A stretch of 64,000 nucleotides of DNA from Eledone cirrhosa (lineage: Eukaryota). The DNA is taken from contig OZ024741.1 in the NCBI GenBank assembly GCA_964016885.1, positions 182,404,001-182,468,000 of the forward strand, read 5' to 3'. Made by a program: the position numbers and the translations under genes. The notes under the pieces are model-generated. The model was not told the origin of the DNA. It saw only the letters and a list, made by a program, of their open reading frames with translations, and searched no databases. Position 1 is the stretch's first letter. Every line of letters begins with the position of its first letter. Of this stretch, positions 27,785-40,739 are shown one piece after another.

Positions 27785-28840
27785 AGTACTAGTATATAAG
27801 AGAGTGTGAGACTTTGGGAATAATTGTTTCTATTTTAGGCACAAGGCCAGCAATTACACAGTACATTACTGGTACTTTATTTTATCGACCCTGTAAAGAT
27901 GAGAGGCAAAGTTAACCTCGACGGGATTTGAACTCAGATCATAAAGGGACGTAACTCTATGCTTCAAAGCATGGTGTCCTACTCTCTACCGATACTGCCA
28001 ATCCACGGGAATAATGTATGAAAGAGAGGCTCAGTACTGTATAAAACAGAGAAATAGAGAGAGAAAAGCTGAGTGGGAGAGAGAGCATAAGAGTATAAAA
28101 GAAAGAAAGAAACGAATAAAAAAGAAAGAAAGAAAGAAAGAGATTACCGGTGTTTTACATTGCCTTTCAGAAAGAGAAAAGCTTCTGTTGATAGAAAGTG
28201 TGTTAGTGGTAGAGAGAGAAAGAGATAAGTTGAGAAGGAGAAAAAAAAGAGAAAGAACGAGCTACGAGAAAAGAAGTAGTAAAAGAAAAGAAACTTGGGT
28301 TGTTGGTGTTGTTGTTATTGTTAAAGTACCAGTAATGCACTGGGTATGTGCTGGCCTTGTGCCAAAAAAGTAGAAACAATTATTTCTTATGGCGGTGGGT
28401 AAGCAGTATCGGTAGAGGGTCGGACGCCATGTTTAGCAGCATAGAGTTTCGGCCCTTTACGGTCTGGGTTGAAATCCCGCCGAGGTTAACTTTGCCTTTC
28501 ATCCTTACGTTGCCGATAAAATAAAGTACCAGTAATACACTGTGATAATTGCTGGCTTTGTACCAAAAGTAGAAACAATTATTTTTTATGTTCTTTAGTA
28601 AAAGAGTTTAAAAAGTGAGTGAAAGAGAGGCAGAGAGAATTCTGCTACAGATAGAGGGGGAAAGAGTGAAGATGTACAAGAATGAAAAAGAGAAAGAGAA
28701 TAATATAGAGAAAGAGAGAGATAAGAAGGGACAGGTAGAGAGTTAGAGAGAATGAGAAGAGAGAGAATAAAAGAGAGAAGGTTGAAAAGAATGAGAGACA
28801 CGTGTTTTATGTATATGTTTTGTGAGAGAGGGGGCGAGAG

Positions 28841-28926
<86 letters not shown>

Positions 28927-29265
28927 GGAGATAGGGGGGATATATAGAAAATAGATTGACAGAGAGGTGGGGGAGCGGAAGGGGCGATAGGGAGATATAG
29001 ATATATAGATAGAGAGAGGGGGGAGACGAGAAACGAGAAAGATGGAGAGTTAAGGTGTGAGCGAGTGATAGAGAGAGAGGGGGGAGAGAGAGATAGAGAT
29101 AGAGAGAGAGGGGGAGGGAGATAGAGAGAGAGGGAGAGGGAGTGAAACTATAGAGAATGAAGAAGCTTGATTGAGAGGAAGGAGTTACTTGTATTGTTCA
29201 TGTTTTACATTGGTCTTTAGAAAGAGTAAGTATTGTAGAGAGAAACAAAGATATATATATATATA

Positions 29266-29455
29266 GGAAAAGGTAGGACCCCGACGGCAGAGCTCAAACC
29301 GTTTCGACGGCTATTTCTGGACGGAAATAGCCGTCGAAACGGTTTGAGCTCTGCCGTCGGGGTCATACTTTTTCCTATTACCCACTCTACTACCCTAAAT
29401 ATTGAGTACTCTACTGCGTTATGGTCCATCTGGTTCCTTACCACAATTCCTTCGT

Positions 29456-29457
<2 letters not shown>
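29266..29457 (+). mobile_element. Fold-back HHR-3'-half element (family F)
   Basis: Palindrome centred on GCTATTTC-tggacg-GAAATAGC, then CGAAACGGTTTGAGCTCTGCCGTC. Confidence 0.75.
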
Positions 29458-29490
<33 letters not shown>

Positions 29491-29529
29491 ATGTATATAT
29501 ATATATATATGTATACACACACACACATG

Positions 29530-29565
<36 letters not shown>

Positions 29566-29603
29566 ACGAAGGAATTGTGGTAAGGAATATATATATATAT
29601 ATA

Positions 29604-29691
<88 letters not shown>

Positions 29692-29723
29692 GTGTGTGTG
29701 TATGTATGTATATATATATACGT

Positions 29724-29769
<46 letters not shown>

Positions 29770-29797
29770 ATCCTGCAGGATACAACCTGTACAACCT

Positions 29798-30358
29798 GTA
29801 CAACCTGTCCCATGGTCGGGTCGTTGGCGACTAAACTGGCAACCCCACCAAGGTTTCTTGGTGAGGAGGGTGACTTTGGACATCCTGCAGGACTAAAAAC
29901 AAAACCTGGCAAAGGAGCTCTTAAGAGTCAATGGCCATCCAAAATCACCGGGAGAGATGACCCCTTAGCCTTTGTCAAGGCAGAATTCTAAGAGAAGGAA
30001 AACTCTGATATAACACCTGCAACCCTGATGGTATCCAATGATGTTGACTTATTCTTCTTTTTGGTAAATATCATCTTGGTTAAGAGAGTGGGACTGGCTT
30101 TGTGCAGTGCCTTTGCTCACTATAAAAGCTTCACGGCACAGGCATTGCTTTATATCTGGAGATCTCTCTACACTTGTCGTCACATGGTACCAAAGGCCCA
30201 ACACTATGTGTCAATAATTGTCACAGGTGTAGTGTTTGTACCAGAGTTTTCAAGTCGCTGGCTGGACTAAAAGTCACACTTGTTTAGCGCATCGGTAGGG
30301 GTTCTCCTACATGGATATAAAGTAGTGGCCGTACTCGAAAACGAGTTGGCAGCCACCA
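29798..30358 (+). mobile_element. RTE derivative family A
   Basis: Near-identical to 7566-8179. The 5' junction shows a TACAACCTG triplication; (TA)n flanks. Confidence 0.8.
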
Positions 30359-30363
30359 TATAT

Positions 30364-30410
<47 letters not shown>

Positions 30411-30486
30411 TATATATATATATATATGTATACATATAGAGATTACAGTAATCAAAGTTCAGTTTAAGTCATTTATTTGCTTATGT

Positions 30487-30546
<60 letters not shown>

Positions 30547-30654
30547 ATATATATATATATACATACATATATATATATGTATACATATAAATATATATAT
30601 ATATATATATGTATGTATATATATATATATATATACATACATATATATATATAT

Positions 30655-30717
<63 letters not shown>

Positions 30718-30983
30718 CGAAACATAAGTCTTGCTTACTATATATATATATATATATATATGAGAGCGGGAAAGAAAAAGAGTAGAAAAAAAAGAGGCTA
30801 AATTGAGAAAGATAGAAAGATATAGACTGTGATAAAGAGGGGGAGGAATGAGAAAGACAGAGTGTATGAAATATATTGAGGGAGGGAGGGGGGGGGGGGG
30901 CAAAGAAACAATATGTTTCTTTGTTTTATTTTTATATTTTTTTATAGGTTGTGATTTTTTTTTTGTTTAAATGTTTTCTTCAG

Positions 30984-31069
30984 ACAATCTTGTGTTCCAT
31001 ACATTCCATTCTAAGCAGCAAGACGAACGAGGAACTTGAAATGGCGGTATTATTTGTAACGATTCTTAG
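30984..31069 (+). other. Candidate spliced exon (possible start codon at 31041, MAVLFVTIL...)
   Basis: Long T-rich tract ending TTTTCTTCAG acceptor; AG|GTGAGG donor; GAAATGG start followed by hydrophobic codons. Not stum-like. Confidence 0.4.
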
Positions 31070-32349
31070 GTGAGGGTGGTACATAGGTACTTGCTGATTA
31101 TATGCTACTTTTGCTGCTGATGTTACTGCTGCTGATGTTACTGCTGCTGCTGCGGCTGCCGTGAGGCATGGTGCCACAATATTGCCGTGGGCGTACCCTC
31201 ACCGGTGTGTACATATTTGTATATATATGTCTGACTTTATATATCACTTGTGTTAGGCTATGTGTATAAGTGGAATGGCAGCCGGGATGTCTTTGTATTT
31301 ATTTATGCGGGCGTGTGTGTATACACATGTGGATTTGCGTAAGTGTGTATATGCATGCATGCATGTTTCTGTGTGTATGTAGTATGTAATGTAAGTAGGT
31401 AGGTAAATTTATATTTGTATTTTCATGCATCTATATGCATGAATATATACATATATGTGTGTGTGTGTGTGTGAGTGTGTGCTCAAAGCAGACCTGTTAA
31501 CTCTCCAGGCTGGACGGGGAGATCTCCCACTCACTTTGGGTTGAGTGAGAGATGTCTTTTCTTGTGAAAATGGGTATAGCTTTCATTATGTAAAATGTCC
31601 CCGTTTTGCCTCGTTTTGGGGCACCTTTTTTCATGGTACTGCTCGTTTGGATTTTTAGACGTTGGCAGGTCTGACAAAATGTCCGATTAAATGCTTCACA
31701 GCATTTGTTCCAGCTCTGAGTTCAAATCGCGCTGAAGTCAACTTCTCCGTCCAGCCTTTCGGAATCGATTAATAAAGTATCAGCCCTAGAACGGAGAATT
31801 GACGGAATTGCTAGAGCACCGGACATAATGCTTTGTGATATCTCTTTCGGCTTTTTGTGTTCTGAGTCGTCTTTCAATTTGAATAAAATCTGTAGCATGG
31901 AGATAGATATATGGAGAAGTCTTCTATAAAAAAAAAAAAATAATGATTTCTACTATAGGCACAAGGCCAGCTATTTTTGGGGGGAGGGGATCGACCCTAG
32001 TGCATTATCGGTGCTTTATTTTATCGACCCCGTAAGAATGAAGGGCAAAGCTAACGTCGGCAGGATTTGAACTCAGATCGTAAAGGGGCGTAACTCTGTG
32101 CTGCAACGCATGGTGTCCGATGCTCTACCGATGCTGCCAATCCACCGCCCTAAAAAGCAAAGTTCACTTCAACGGGATTTGAACTCAGAATTCAGAGAGC
32201 CGGAACATATATCGAGACATTTTTAATCCGACGACCTACCGACTTTGCCACTTCATCTAAACTGTTTGTGATTGTGTACATTTTTGTAGATGTGTGTAAG
32301 TGAGTGAGTGTGGGGGGATGGGGCGTTAACCTATTACATGTGTCAATGT

Positions 32350-32395
<46 letters not shown>

Positions 32396-32409
32396 TATAT
32401 ATATATACA

Positions 32410-32449
<40 letters not shown>

Positions 32450-32467
32450 TATATATATATATATACA

Positions 32468-32598
<131 letters not shown>

Positions 32599-32792
32599 GC
32601 CGTGTCACATTGACTATTAAATCACTTCCAAGGTAACTCTATCTCGTGTTATTATTTTTTACACTTTTCCTACGTTCCTTTACGCTCTCTACGTCTCTTT
32701 CTACGCTTCGTCTTACGTCTCTCTCTTTCATTGCCACCTGATTCTGTTACCAGGAGATTTTCCCATGTGCATTGTTGAGGCTTCTAAAACGA

Positions 32793-32863
<71 letters not shown>

Positions 32864-32894
32864 AAAGAATAGAGGTGTAACACACGAGTTGTGA

Positions 32895-35065
32895 TATATT
32901 GGTAAAAGGAAAAGAAAATGCTGACAAATTGTTCCCAGAGAAAAATAGTTTAATTAGGAATAAGTATTGGTTAGTATTCAGTTTTAGTTTTAAGTTTTTA
33001 CCGGTTGCGCATTTCTAATGCTTTTCAAAAATAATTTTGAGATAGAGCTCCCGTGATGTTTGCTCTAATCTGATTAGTTTTGGAAATTCTACCTGTTTTA
33101 TGTGAAAAAAGTGGCTCCAGAGGTATTAAAATAAGTTTCGCGCTAATTCGTATTGCAAAAATTCTTGTGGTCAAAACAATTTTTATTGGTCGGTAGAGGT
33201 CACGTGAATGTTAAAAATTGATTTTGCGCCAAATGTAGGTTTGTCGAAGAGTGTCCTTTTTCGCCTGATTGAGAAATCACTGAAAAATAAGTCTTTTAAG
33301 ACAAATATGTGTGTGTGTGTAGTAAAGAGGTTCATTGTTGTGATTATGGTCAGTGGGGATGTGTGTGTGAATTGCAGTCATGCTGAAAGGTCAACAGTTC
33401 AGGTGCCTATTATGACAAATATGTGTGTGTGTGTAGCAGAGTAATTCGTGGTAGAGGGATCGGTCAGTAGGAATGTGTCTGTACCTGTGTGGGGGAAAGA
33501 ACTGGAAGCGATATCTTGATGACTGCTTCATTCTTTGGCACGAAAACATCGAGAAACTTAAAGAATTTTACACCCTTATAAATGGGCTCAACACGAATAT
33601 TAACTTTACGATGGAATACAGCCATCAACAACTCCCCTTCCTCGACATCCTCATTAAGATTCATAACAAAAAAAATAGAAACAGACATATACTACAAGCC
33701 CACAAACTCCAAGCAATATCTTCCTTTCAATTCTTGCCACCCTAGACACGTTAAAATTAATATTCCCTACAACTTAGCCAAGAGAATCTGTACTATAGTC
33801 TCCAATAAAAACACCTGCTACTTACGGCTACAAGAACTAAAGGACACACTCATAGGCAGGGACTACCCTACATCACTAATTGACAATGGAATCCAACGTG
33901 CCCTAAAACTCAGTACCCAGGACCTTAGACATCCTAAAGTAAATCAACCGAAACTAAAAGCTCTTCCATACATCTCCACACACAACCCCCTCAACAATGA
34001 GGCCTTTCGACACCATCCTCCAGAACATCTCTGTGTTAAAAAAGGACCATAGAATGAACCAAATCCTTCGAACACACGATATCATAAAGAGCAAAAGACA
34101 ATCTAAGTCAATGAAAAACATCCTAACACATGCCAAAGTACTGCCAACCACAACAACGAAACTCACAGTAAAAAAAATGCGATAGACCCAACTGTGGCAT
34201 ATGCATCAACCTAATAGAGGGTTCGGAATTCTATTTCAAAGAAGGACAACGTTTTATAGTAAAACACAATTTCACATGCGCATCAGAAAATCTAATATAT
34301 GTATTAACTTGCTCAGGTTGTCGAGAACAATACATAGGCCAGACCAAAAACAGCCTCCGCCAACGCATGACTGTCCATAGATCCTAAATTAAAATACGGG
34401 AATACAGGAAAATACCACTGAGTGAACACATTGATACCTGTGACGCCCCAAATCATCCCAACTTTAGAATCGTTCCCCTCTACAAATTTAAAGATAATGC
34501 CACCCACACCCAGCGCATCAGCAAGGAATCTCACTTTATTAACAAATACGGACCCCGTCTAAACACTTCTCCCTAAGACGAACACACAACATACATACGT
34601 CAACATACATACCTACATCAGCATACATCCTACATACATCTCTATCCACATATAAACACAATGACATACTTAAACACACATGTTCTATGGTGCCACACAA
34701 ATATACACAATTTGCATACCTTTTGATGTCTATAGATATAAACGTGCCGACACACACACATACATATACGCACACATGCATTGCACACTGATGGGCACAT
34801 ACATATTTGCACACAAGTATTCCAATACGGCAGGGCCTAATGGATTCCCCTTGCAGTACGTACAATCTGGACACTCACACACACCTTGGTGTTATGACAA
34901 TACTATATATCATTTCACACCTTTTATTAAGGTTTTTGATGTTCTATTGAGAGAATCGTTTTTGCTGAAAATATCAAATAATGTACACCATTTTTACCAC
35001 TATCACAAAAATACTGGTCCACACATCCCCATTGACCATTATCACAACAATGAACCTCTTTACTA

Positions 35066-35153
<88 letters not shown>

Positions 35154-35580
35154 TTGTCTTAAAAGACTTATTTTTGAGTGACTTCTCAATCAGGCGAAAA
35201 AGGACACTCTTCGACAAACCTACATTTGGCGCAAAATCAATTTTAAACATTAACGTGACCTCTACCGACCAATAAAAATTGTTTTGACCACAAGAATTTT
35301 TGCAACACGAATTGGCGCGAAACTTATTTTAATACCTCTGGAGCCACTTCTTTCACATAAAACAGGTAGAATTTCCAAAACTAATGAGATTAGAGCAAAC
35401 ATCAGGGGCGCTCTATCTCAAAATTATTTTTGAAAAGCATTAGAAATGCGCAACCGGTAAAAACTTAAAACTAAAACTGAATACTAACCAATACTTATTA
35501 CTAATTTTTACTTATTCCTAATTAAACTATTTTTCACTGGGAACAATTTGTCAGCATTTTCTTTTCCTTTTACCAATATA
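32895..35580 (+). mobile_element. 5'-truncated Penelope-like element with inverted pseudo-LTR
   Basis: Frameshifted RT (WKRYLDDCF; TDIYYKPTNSKQYL..SCHP) and GIY-YIG endonuclease (LIYVLTCSGCREQYIGQT) at about 33490-34580. 32895-33365 is an inverted copy of 35020-35580. (TA)n flanks. Confidence 0.92.
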
Positions 35581-35815
35581 TATATATATATACGCTTTGT
35601 ACACGCTGTCGAAATACTCGATAAATGCCCCGTCGCAGCCGGCGCGAAGGGCTGCTTTCGGTTATTTGTCGGAGATTTCTTCATAGAAGCCTTTATTCTT
35701 ATAGCTTGGTCTAATCGATTTTTTTATATGGTTAATTATGCTAGTTGGGAGAGGAAATGGTATATATTTTATCTGGTGATTCTATAGACATGTTTTATGA
35801 TATATATATATATAT

Positions 35816-36865
35816 AAATTGGAATAAATGCTCTGAAATATTGATATATATGTGAATATAGACATAGAATATTCGAAAATATTCTGTATGTTTATAATAA
35901 ACATTTTGAAGACCTAATCGCTATAGAATAGAATACGTCACGTATTACAATTAGATTCTCGATAAAAGCAAGGGAAGTAATCTACGCGTTTCATTCTTGT
36001 TAGAAATCTTCAGGACTACATATCCAGTGCTTTTATCGAGAATGACACAGCTAGAGACTTATAGAATACTTAGCTGTGTACAGGAACTGGTTTGAAAGAG
36101 CGGTTGCCGGTCCGGCAGAAATTAGAAATTGGAATAAATGCTCTGAAATAGCGATATATATGTGAATATAGACATAGAATATTCGAAAATATTCTGTATG
36201 TTTATAATAAACATTTTGAAGACCTAATCGCTATAGAATAGAATACGTCACGTATTACAATTAGATTCTCGATAAAAGCAAGGGAAGTAATCTACGCGTT
36301 TCATTCTTGTTAGAAATCTTCAGGACTACATATCCAGTGCTTTTATCGAGAATGACACAGCTAGAGACTTATAGAATACTTAGCTGTGTACAGGAACTGG
36401 TTTGAAAGAGCGGTTGCCGGTCCGGCAGAAATTAGAAATTGGAATAAATGCTCTGAAATAGCGATATATATGTGAATATAGACATAGAATATTCGAAAAT
36501 ATTCTGTATGTTTATAATAAACATTTTGAAGACCTAATCGCTATAGAATAGAATACGTCACGTATTACAATTAGATTCTCGATAAAAGCAAGGGAAGTAA
36601 TCTACGCGTTTCATTCTTGTTAGAAATCTTCAGGACTACATATCCAGTGCTTTTATCGAGAATGACACAGCTAGAGACTTATAGAATACTTAGCTGTGTA
36701 CAGGAACTGGTTTGAAAGAGCGGTTGCCGGTCCGGCAGAAATTAGAAATTGGAATAAATGCTCTGAAATAGCGATATATATGTGAATATAGACATAGAAT
36801 ATTCGAAAATATTCTGTATGTTTATAATAAACATTTTGAAGACCTAATCGCTATAGAATAGAATA
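35816..36865 (-). mobile_element. 310-bp tandem retrozyme-like array (about 3.4 units)
   Basis: GGAATAAATGCTCTG at 35821, 36131, 36441 and 36751; units almost identical; one HHR per full unit; (TA)n flanks. Confidence 0.88.
35977..36019 (-). ncRNA. Type I hammerhead ribozyme (repeated at 36287-36329 and 36597-36639)
   Basis: Minus strand GTAGTC-CTGAAGA-tTTCT-aaca-AGAAt-GAA-ACGCGT-A-GATTAC. Palindromic stem III. 16-bp outer helix ATTCTCGATAAAAGCA/TGCTTTTATCGAGAAT. Confidence 0.85.
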
Positions 36866-37192
36866 TATATATATGGTAAGAAGTGCGCTAGCAGCCAAAG
36901 TATATGATAAAGATAATTCTGTATAAATGCAGAGTGTACCAGCATGAATAATTATATACATATATCCAATTTGTGGACATGTAAACATGCCAGAAATACA
37001 ATTTTCCTTTAATCAATTTTCGGATTTTATTGGACATCTCATCAGAAGACGTCTATATCAATCCAATCAACCACAAGAAAACATGTTTTTGATGTGTGAT
37101 GGCAACATGAATGGACCTGTTATTTTAATATAAAGACATTTTTTTCAATTCCACCCCGCACGTCCCTTCCATCTATCTAATTTCTCATTCTT

Positions 37193-37228
37193 TCTTCTGA
37201 TGAATGACTAGCGTCCGAAACTTTAACA
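37193..37228 (+). ncRNA. Minimal HHR motif in a PLE-type terminal fragment
   Basis: TCTT-CTGATGA-atGAC-tagc-GTCc-GAAAC-TTTA. Context (about 37100-37270) is homologous to 55670-55830 minus strand. Confidence 0.6.
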
Positions 37229-37402
37229 CCCTCTACCTGCTATTTCAAGCGTTAACCGAATATTGAGCCATCAAGTATGAAATTTGTAGAAATTTGTTTA
37301 TTTTTCTACAAATTTCTACAAATTTCATACTTGACGACCCAATATGTTCCTTTCATATACTGTACCCATTGTGTTGTTATTTCTGTTTATTTTTTAAATA
37401 CA

Positions 37403-37436
<34 letters not shown>

Positions 37437-38248
37437 TAATATAATATAATAAATCACATGAATACACCAATTTCGCAGTTGAAAGATTAACGTTTATTAC
37501 GTAACTGACATACTAGAAGGAATACCACCCTCCATGTGGTTTTTCTGCTTGTGTAAGTATGTGTGTGTGTACTCATGTAATTCGTAATGTATACACATGT
37601 ATGAGAAAGGAAAACATTATATTGACATGGGCGGTGGATTGGCAGTATCGGTAGAGGGTCGGACGCCATGCTTTGCAGCACAGTTACGTCCCTTTACTGA
37701 GTGAGTTCAAATCCCGCCGAGGTTAACTTTGCCTTTCATCCTTACGGGGGTCGATAAAATAAAGTACCAGTAATACACTGGGATAATTGCTGGCCTTGTG
37801 CCAAAAAGTAGAAACAATTATTTTGACATGCAGCTGATACGAACTTGCACCGACGTCTTTGGTCTTGTGGTTTATTTAATTTAATACACCGTCGTTTCAT
37901 CTCTACAAAATGGTGACACCCTTCCCCCACTTAATTAACCAGTTATGGGATATGAACCAGTAACAAGGAAGGAAATAACGGACAACAGCCAAGTCAGCAC
38001 ATTCAATGAGATTCGAACTCGGCCCAATATTTCGAACAAAACAGTTTTTTTTTTGTTATCGACACTAGTATACCCATAGCCTCTATTCTGTGGTGGTGAC
38101 GGTAGGGAGGAGGGGGGGGGGGGCTTGTGTAGCGAATTCCGTATGATTAAAAGATAAAACATCTACCATGGCGGGAGAACGATACGAAATCGCAACGACA
38201 TGCTTAATTTGATAGGATAGGTCAACTTTTTCATCAATAAGTTCTTTA

Positions 38249-38427
38249 GATTGGCAGTATCGGTAGAGGGTCGGACGCCATGCTTTGCAGCATAGAGTTA
38301 CGGCCCTTTATGATCTGAGTTCAAATCCCACCGAGGTTAACTTTGCCTTTCATCCTTACGGGGTCGATAAAATAAAGTACCAGTAATACACTGTGGTAAT
38401 TGCTGGCCTTGTACCAAAAGTAGAAAT
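38249..38427 (+). mobile_element. tRNA-derived SINE with 13-bp TSD
   Basis: TSD AATAAGTTCTTTA at 38236-38248 and 38428-38440. Confidence 0.9.
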
Positions 38428-38448
38428 AATAAGTTCTTTATAGAAAAC

Positions 38449-38768
38449 AGATGTGTGAGTGTCTGTCCGTGAAACATATACACCAGGTTCGAACACAAAA
38501 GAGCCAAACGCCCACTGTCTTGGCCTTCGTCTCTCCCGCTCTGCCCATCTCTCACTATTATGTAGATAGAATAGAGAAGGTGTTTCCCGAGCAGAGTGAG
38601 GGAGACGCACTGGAAGAGCCATTCCAGCTCGCGAGGCTCACACCTGCCAAAATGCTTAAGCGTACTTGGACCCCGTACTGCCGAGCTCCCCCGCAACATC
38701 GGAGCGTCGGCAGCCCGTCTGAGGAGGGAGCACTGCGAGGTTGGGTGGATGTTGCAGCGGGTATCACT
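38449..38768 (-). ncRNA. Candidate structured ncRNA with H/ACA-like 3' domain
   Basis: Single-copy (in this window) GC-rich island. Hairpin CTCCC..CTCTGCTC/GGGCAGAG.GGGAG, H box AGACGA (38527-38532), hairpin GTGGGCGTTTG/CAGACACTCAC, then ACA+3 nt. Confidence 0.45.
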
Positions 38769-38852
38769 GACCATCGTCCGGGGGTATACTTTTAACGTCA
38801 TATCCGCGGGGCGCAGCAGTCCTGCCCCCTTGCTCTAGACCCAAAACCCAAT
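38766..38852 (-). promoter_or_regulatory. Putative Pol II core promoter (CCAAT, CRE-like, TATA-like, Inr)
   Basis: CCAAT at 38848-38852 (about -80), TGACGTTA overlapping TTAAAAG (38789-38800, about -27), TCAGT initiator at 38766-38770. Confidence 0.45.
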
Positions 38853-39885
38853 TCCCCTCTCCACTCACCCCCTCTCTTCTGCGACGCCGGAGCTCTTGCC
38901 ATCCCCTCCCCTTCCCGTTCTCTTTCTTCTTTCTTTCTCTCTTTTTTTTTCTTATTCTATATTTCCCTATTCCTTCTTTCCTTGTGTTTCTCCTTTTTAA
39001 AATATTTTCTTACAAAATAAGGTTTCTTTCTTTTGCATTCATTATAAAGGGCAGTAACTCAATGTTGAGTAATAATGGTTTCTTATATAGACACAAGGCC
39101 AGCAATTTTGGGGGAGGGGGAAAGTCGATTAAATCGACTCCAGTATGTGACTGGTACTCTATTTTATCGACCCCGTAAGGATGAAAGGCAAAGTTAACCT
39201 CGGCGGGATTTGAGCTCAGCTCATAAAGGGCCGTAACTCTATGCTGAGTAATGATAATGATAATCGTTTCTGATTTAGTTACAAGGCAAACAATCTTTTG
39301 CGGAGGGGGGGGGTCGATTTTTCGATCCCAGTAAGGATGAAAGGTAAAGTTAATAATAATTGTTTCTACTTTAGGCACAAGGCCAGCAATTATCCCAGTG
39401 CATTACTCGTACTTTATTTTATCGACCCCGTAAGGATGAAAGGCAAAGTCAACCTCGGCGGGAATTGAACTCAGATCGTAAAGGGACGTAACTATGCTGG
39501 AAAGCATGGCGTCCGACCCTCTACCGATACTGCCAATAATAATAATACTTTCAATTGTTTTAGTCCGGTGAAATCTACGCCAGAACTAATTAGTTAATGT
39601 TGTCTGATTAAAGGAGTGACTTGATAGCAGCGAGCTAAATATGGTGCTGTGTTATTGAATGAATGAGAAAAAGAGGGTTGGGTATGTCACGAAATTAAAT
39701 ATATGTTTGCCCAACGAATTTATCCAGGAAAATGTGCCAAGTGATGCTATTAAGTTAGACATGGCCTGGGCCAATACTGGCCGAAACCTATCAAAGTTAT
39801 CAGGGTTAAGTTACCTGTTTTCTTTTTTTTTTGTGGGGGGGATTCCAAAATAACTTAGGGCCTAAGTTATTTTGGAATCTTTGGG

Positions 39886-40071
39886 CAGCGGTTCCCAAAG
39901 TGGTTTCCGCGGAACCCAAGGGTTCCGCAAACAAGTATCTGGGATTCCGTGAAAAAATGGTAGAAGGGTATATTTATAATATGACCATATAACAGTATTA
40001 GACTTTGAGGTTCCGCCAAAGGTTTCTGAGCCAAAAAGGGTTCCGCGTTTGAAAAAGTTTGGGAAACCCTA
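39886..40071. mobile_element. hAT/Charlie-like MITE
   Basis: CAGCGGTTCCCAAAG...AGTTTGGGAAACCCTA termini with internal GGTTCCGC subterminal repeats. Confidence 0.7.
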
Positions 40072-40257
40072 AGTCTTAGGGTAATATCATATGCCCTCGA
40101 ATGAAGAATTGGAGGAGGCCCGAGCCAATGTGTATCATGGCGTGTTCTTCACTTACCAAGGTAGGGCATGTGTCTCCTGCATTCTTTCACTCTTATAAGA
40201 AGCAGGAAACTCAGAGTCCGACACTAATTGAAAAGATAGAAGTCTGTCTGACTGCTA

Positions 40258-40322
<65 letters not shown>

Positions 40323-40326
40323 GTAG

Positions 40327-40375
<49 letters not shown>

Positions 40376-40739
40376 GTTGATGATGCTGCTTCGGCTATTT
40401 CATCGTTATAATTCTTCAATTCGTTGGGGGTAGGTAGTGGTGGTAATGGCGGCAGGTGTTAATTTCTGTATTTTCGTGAATTTTTAATTAAGTAATTAAT
40501 TAAAATTGCTATTTGTATTTGTTTATAATATCAGATTACGCTTTTATCCCCTTCACCACACCACCATCATTAACAACAACATCCTAATCATCATCATCAT
40601 CATCTCTATCGTAATAGTCATTTGAGAACACAGTAATTTATCCATCAAATGCTCTATATATGCAAATATCAAAATATCAATTTTATTTTAGTTCTTAACA
40701 ATGGTGGATTTATGAACAGTATCACCGTGGACATTAAAA

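Noticed and set aside
38440-38900. Identification as 7SK, RNase P/MRP, U3 or U17
   Set aside because: Only partial look-alike motifs. The paired P4 motifs, GAUC repeats, C/D boxes and m1/m2 motifs are absent.
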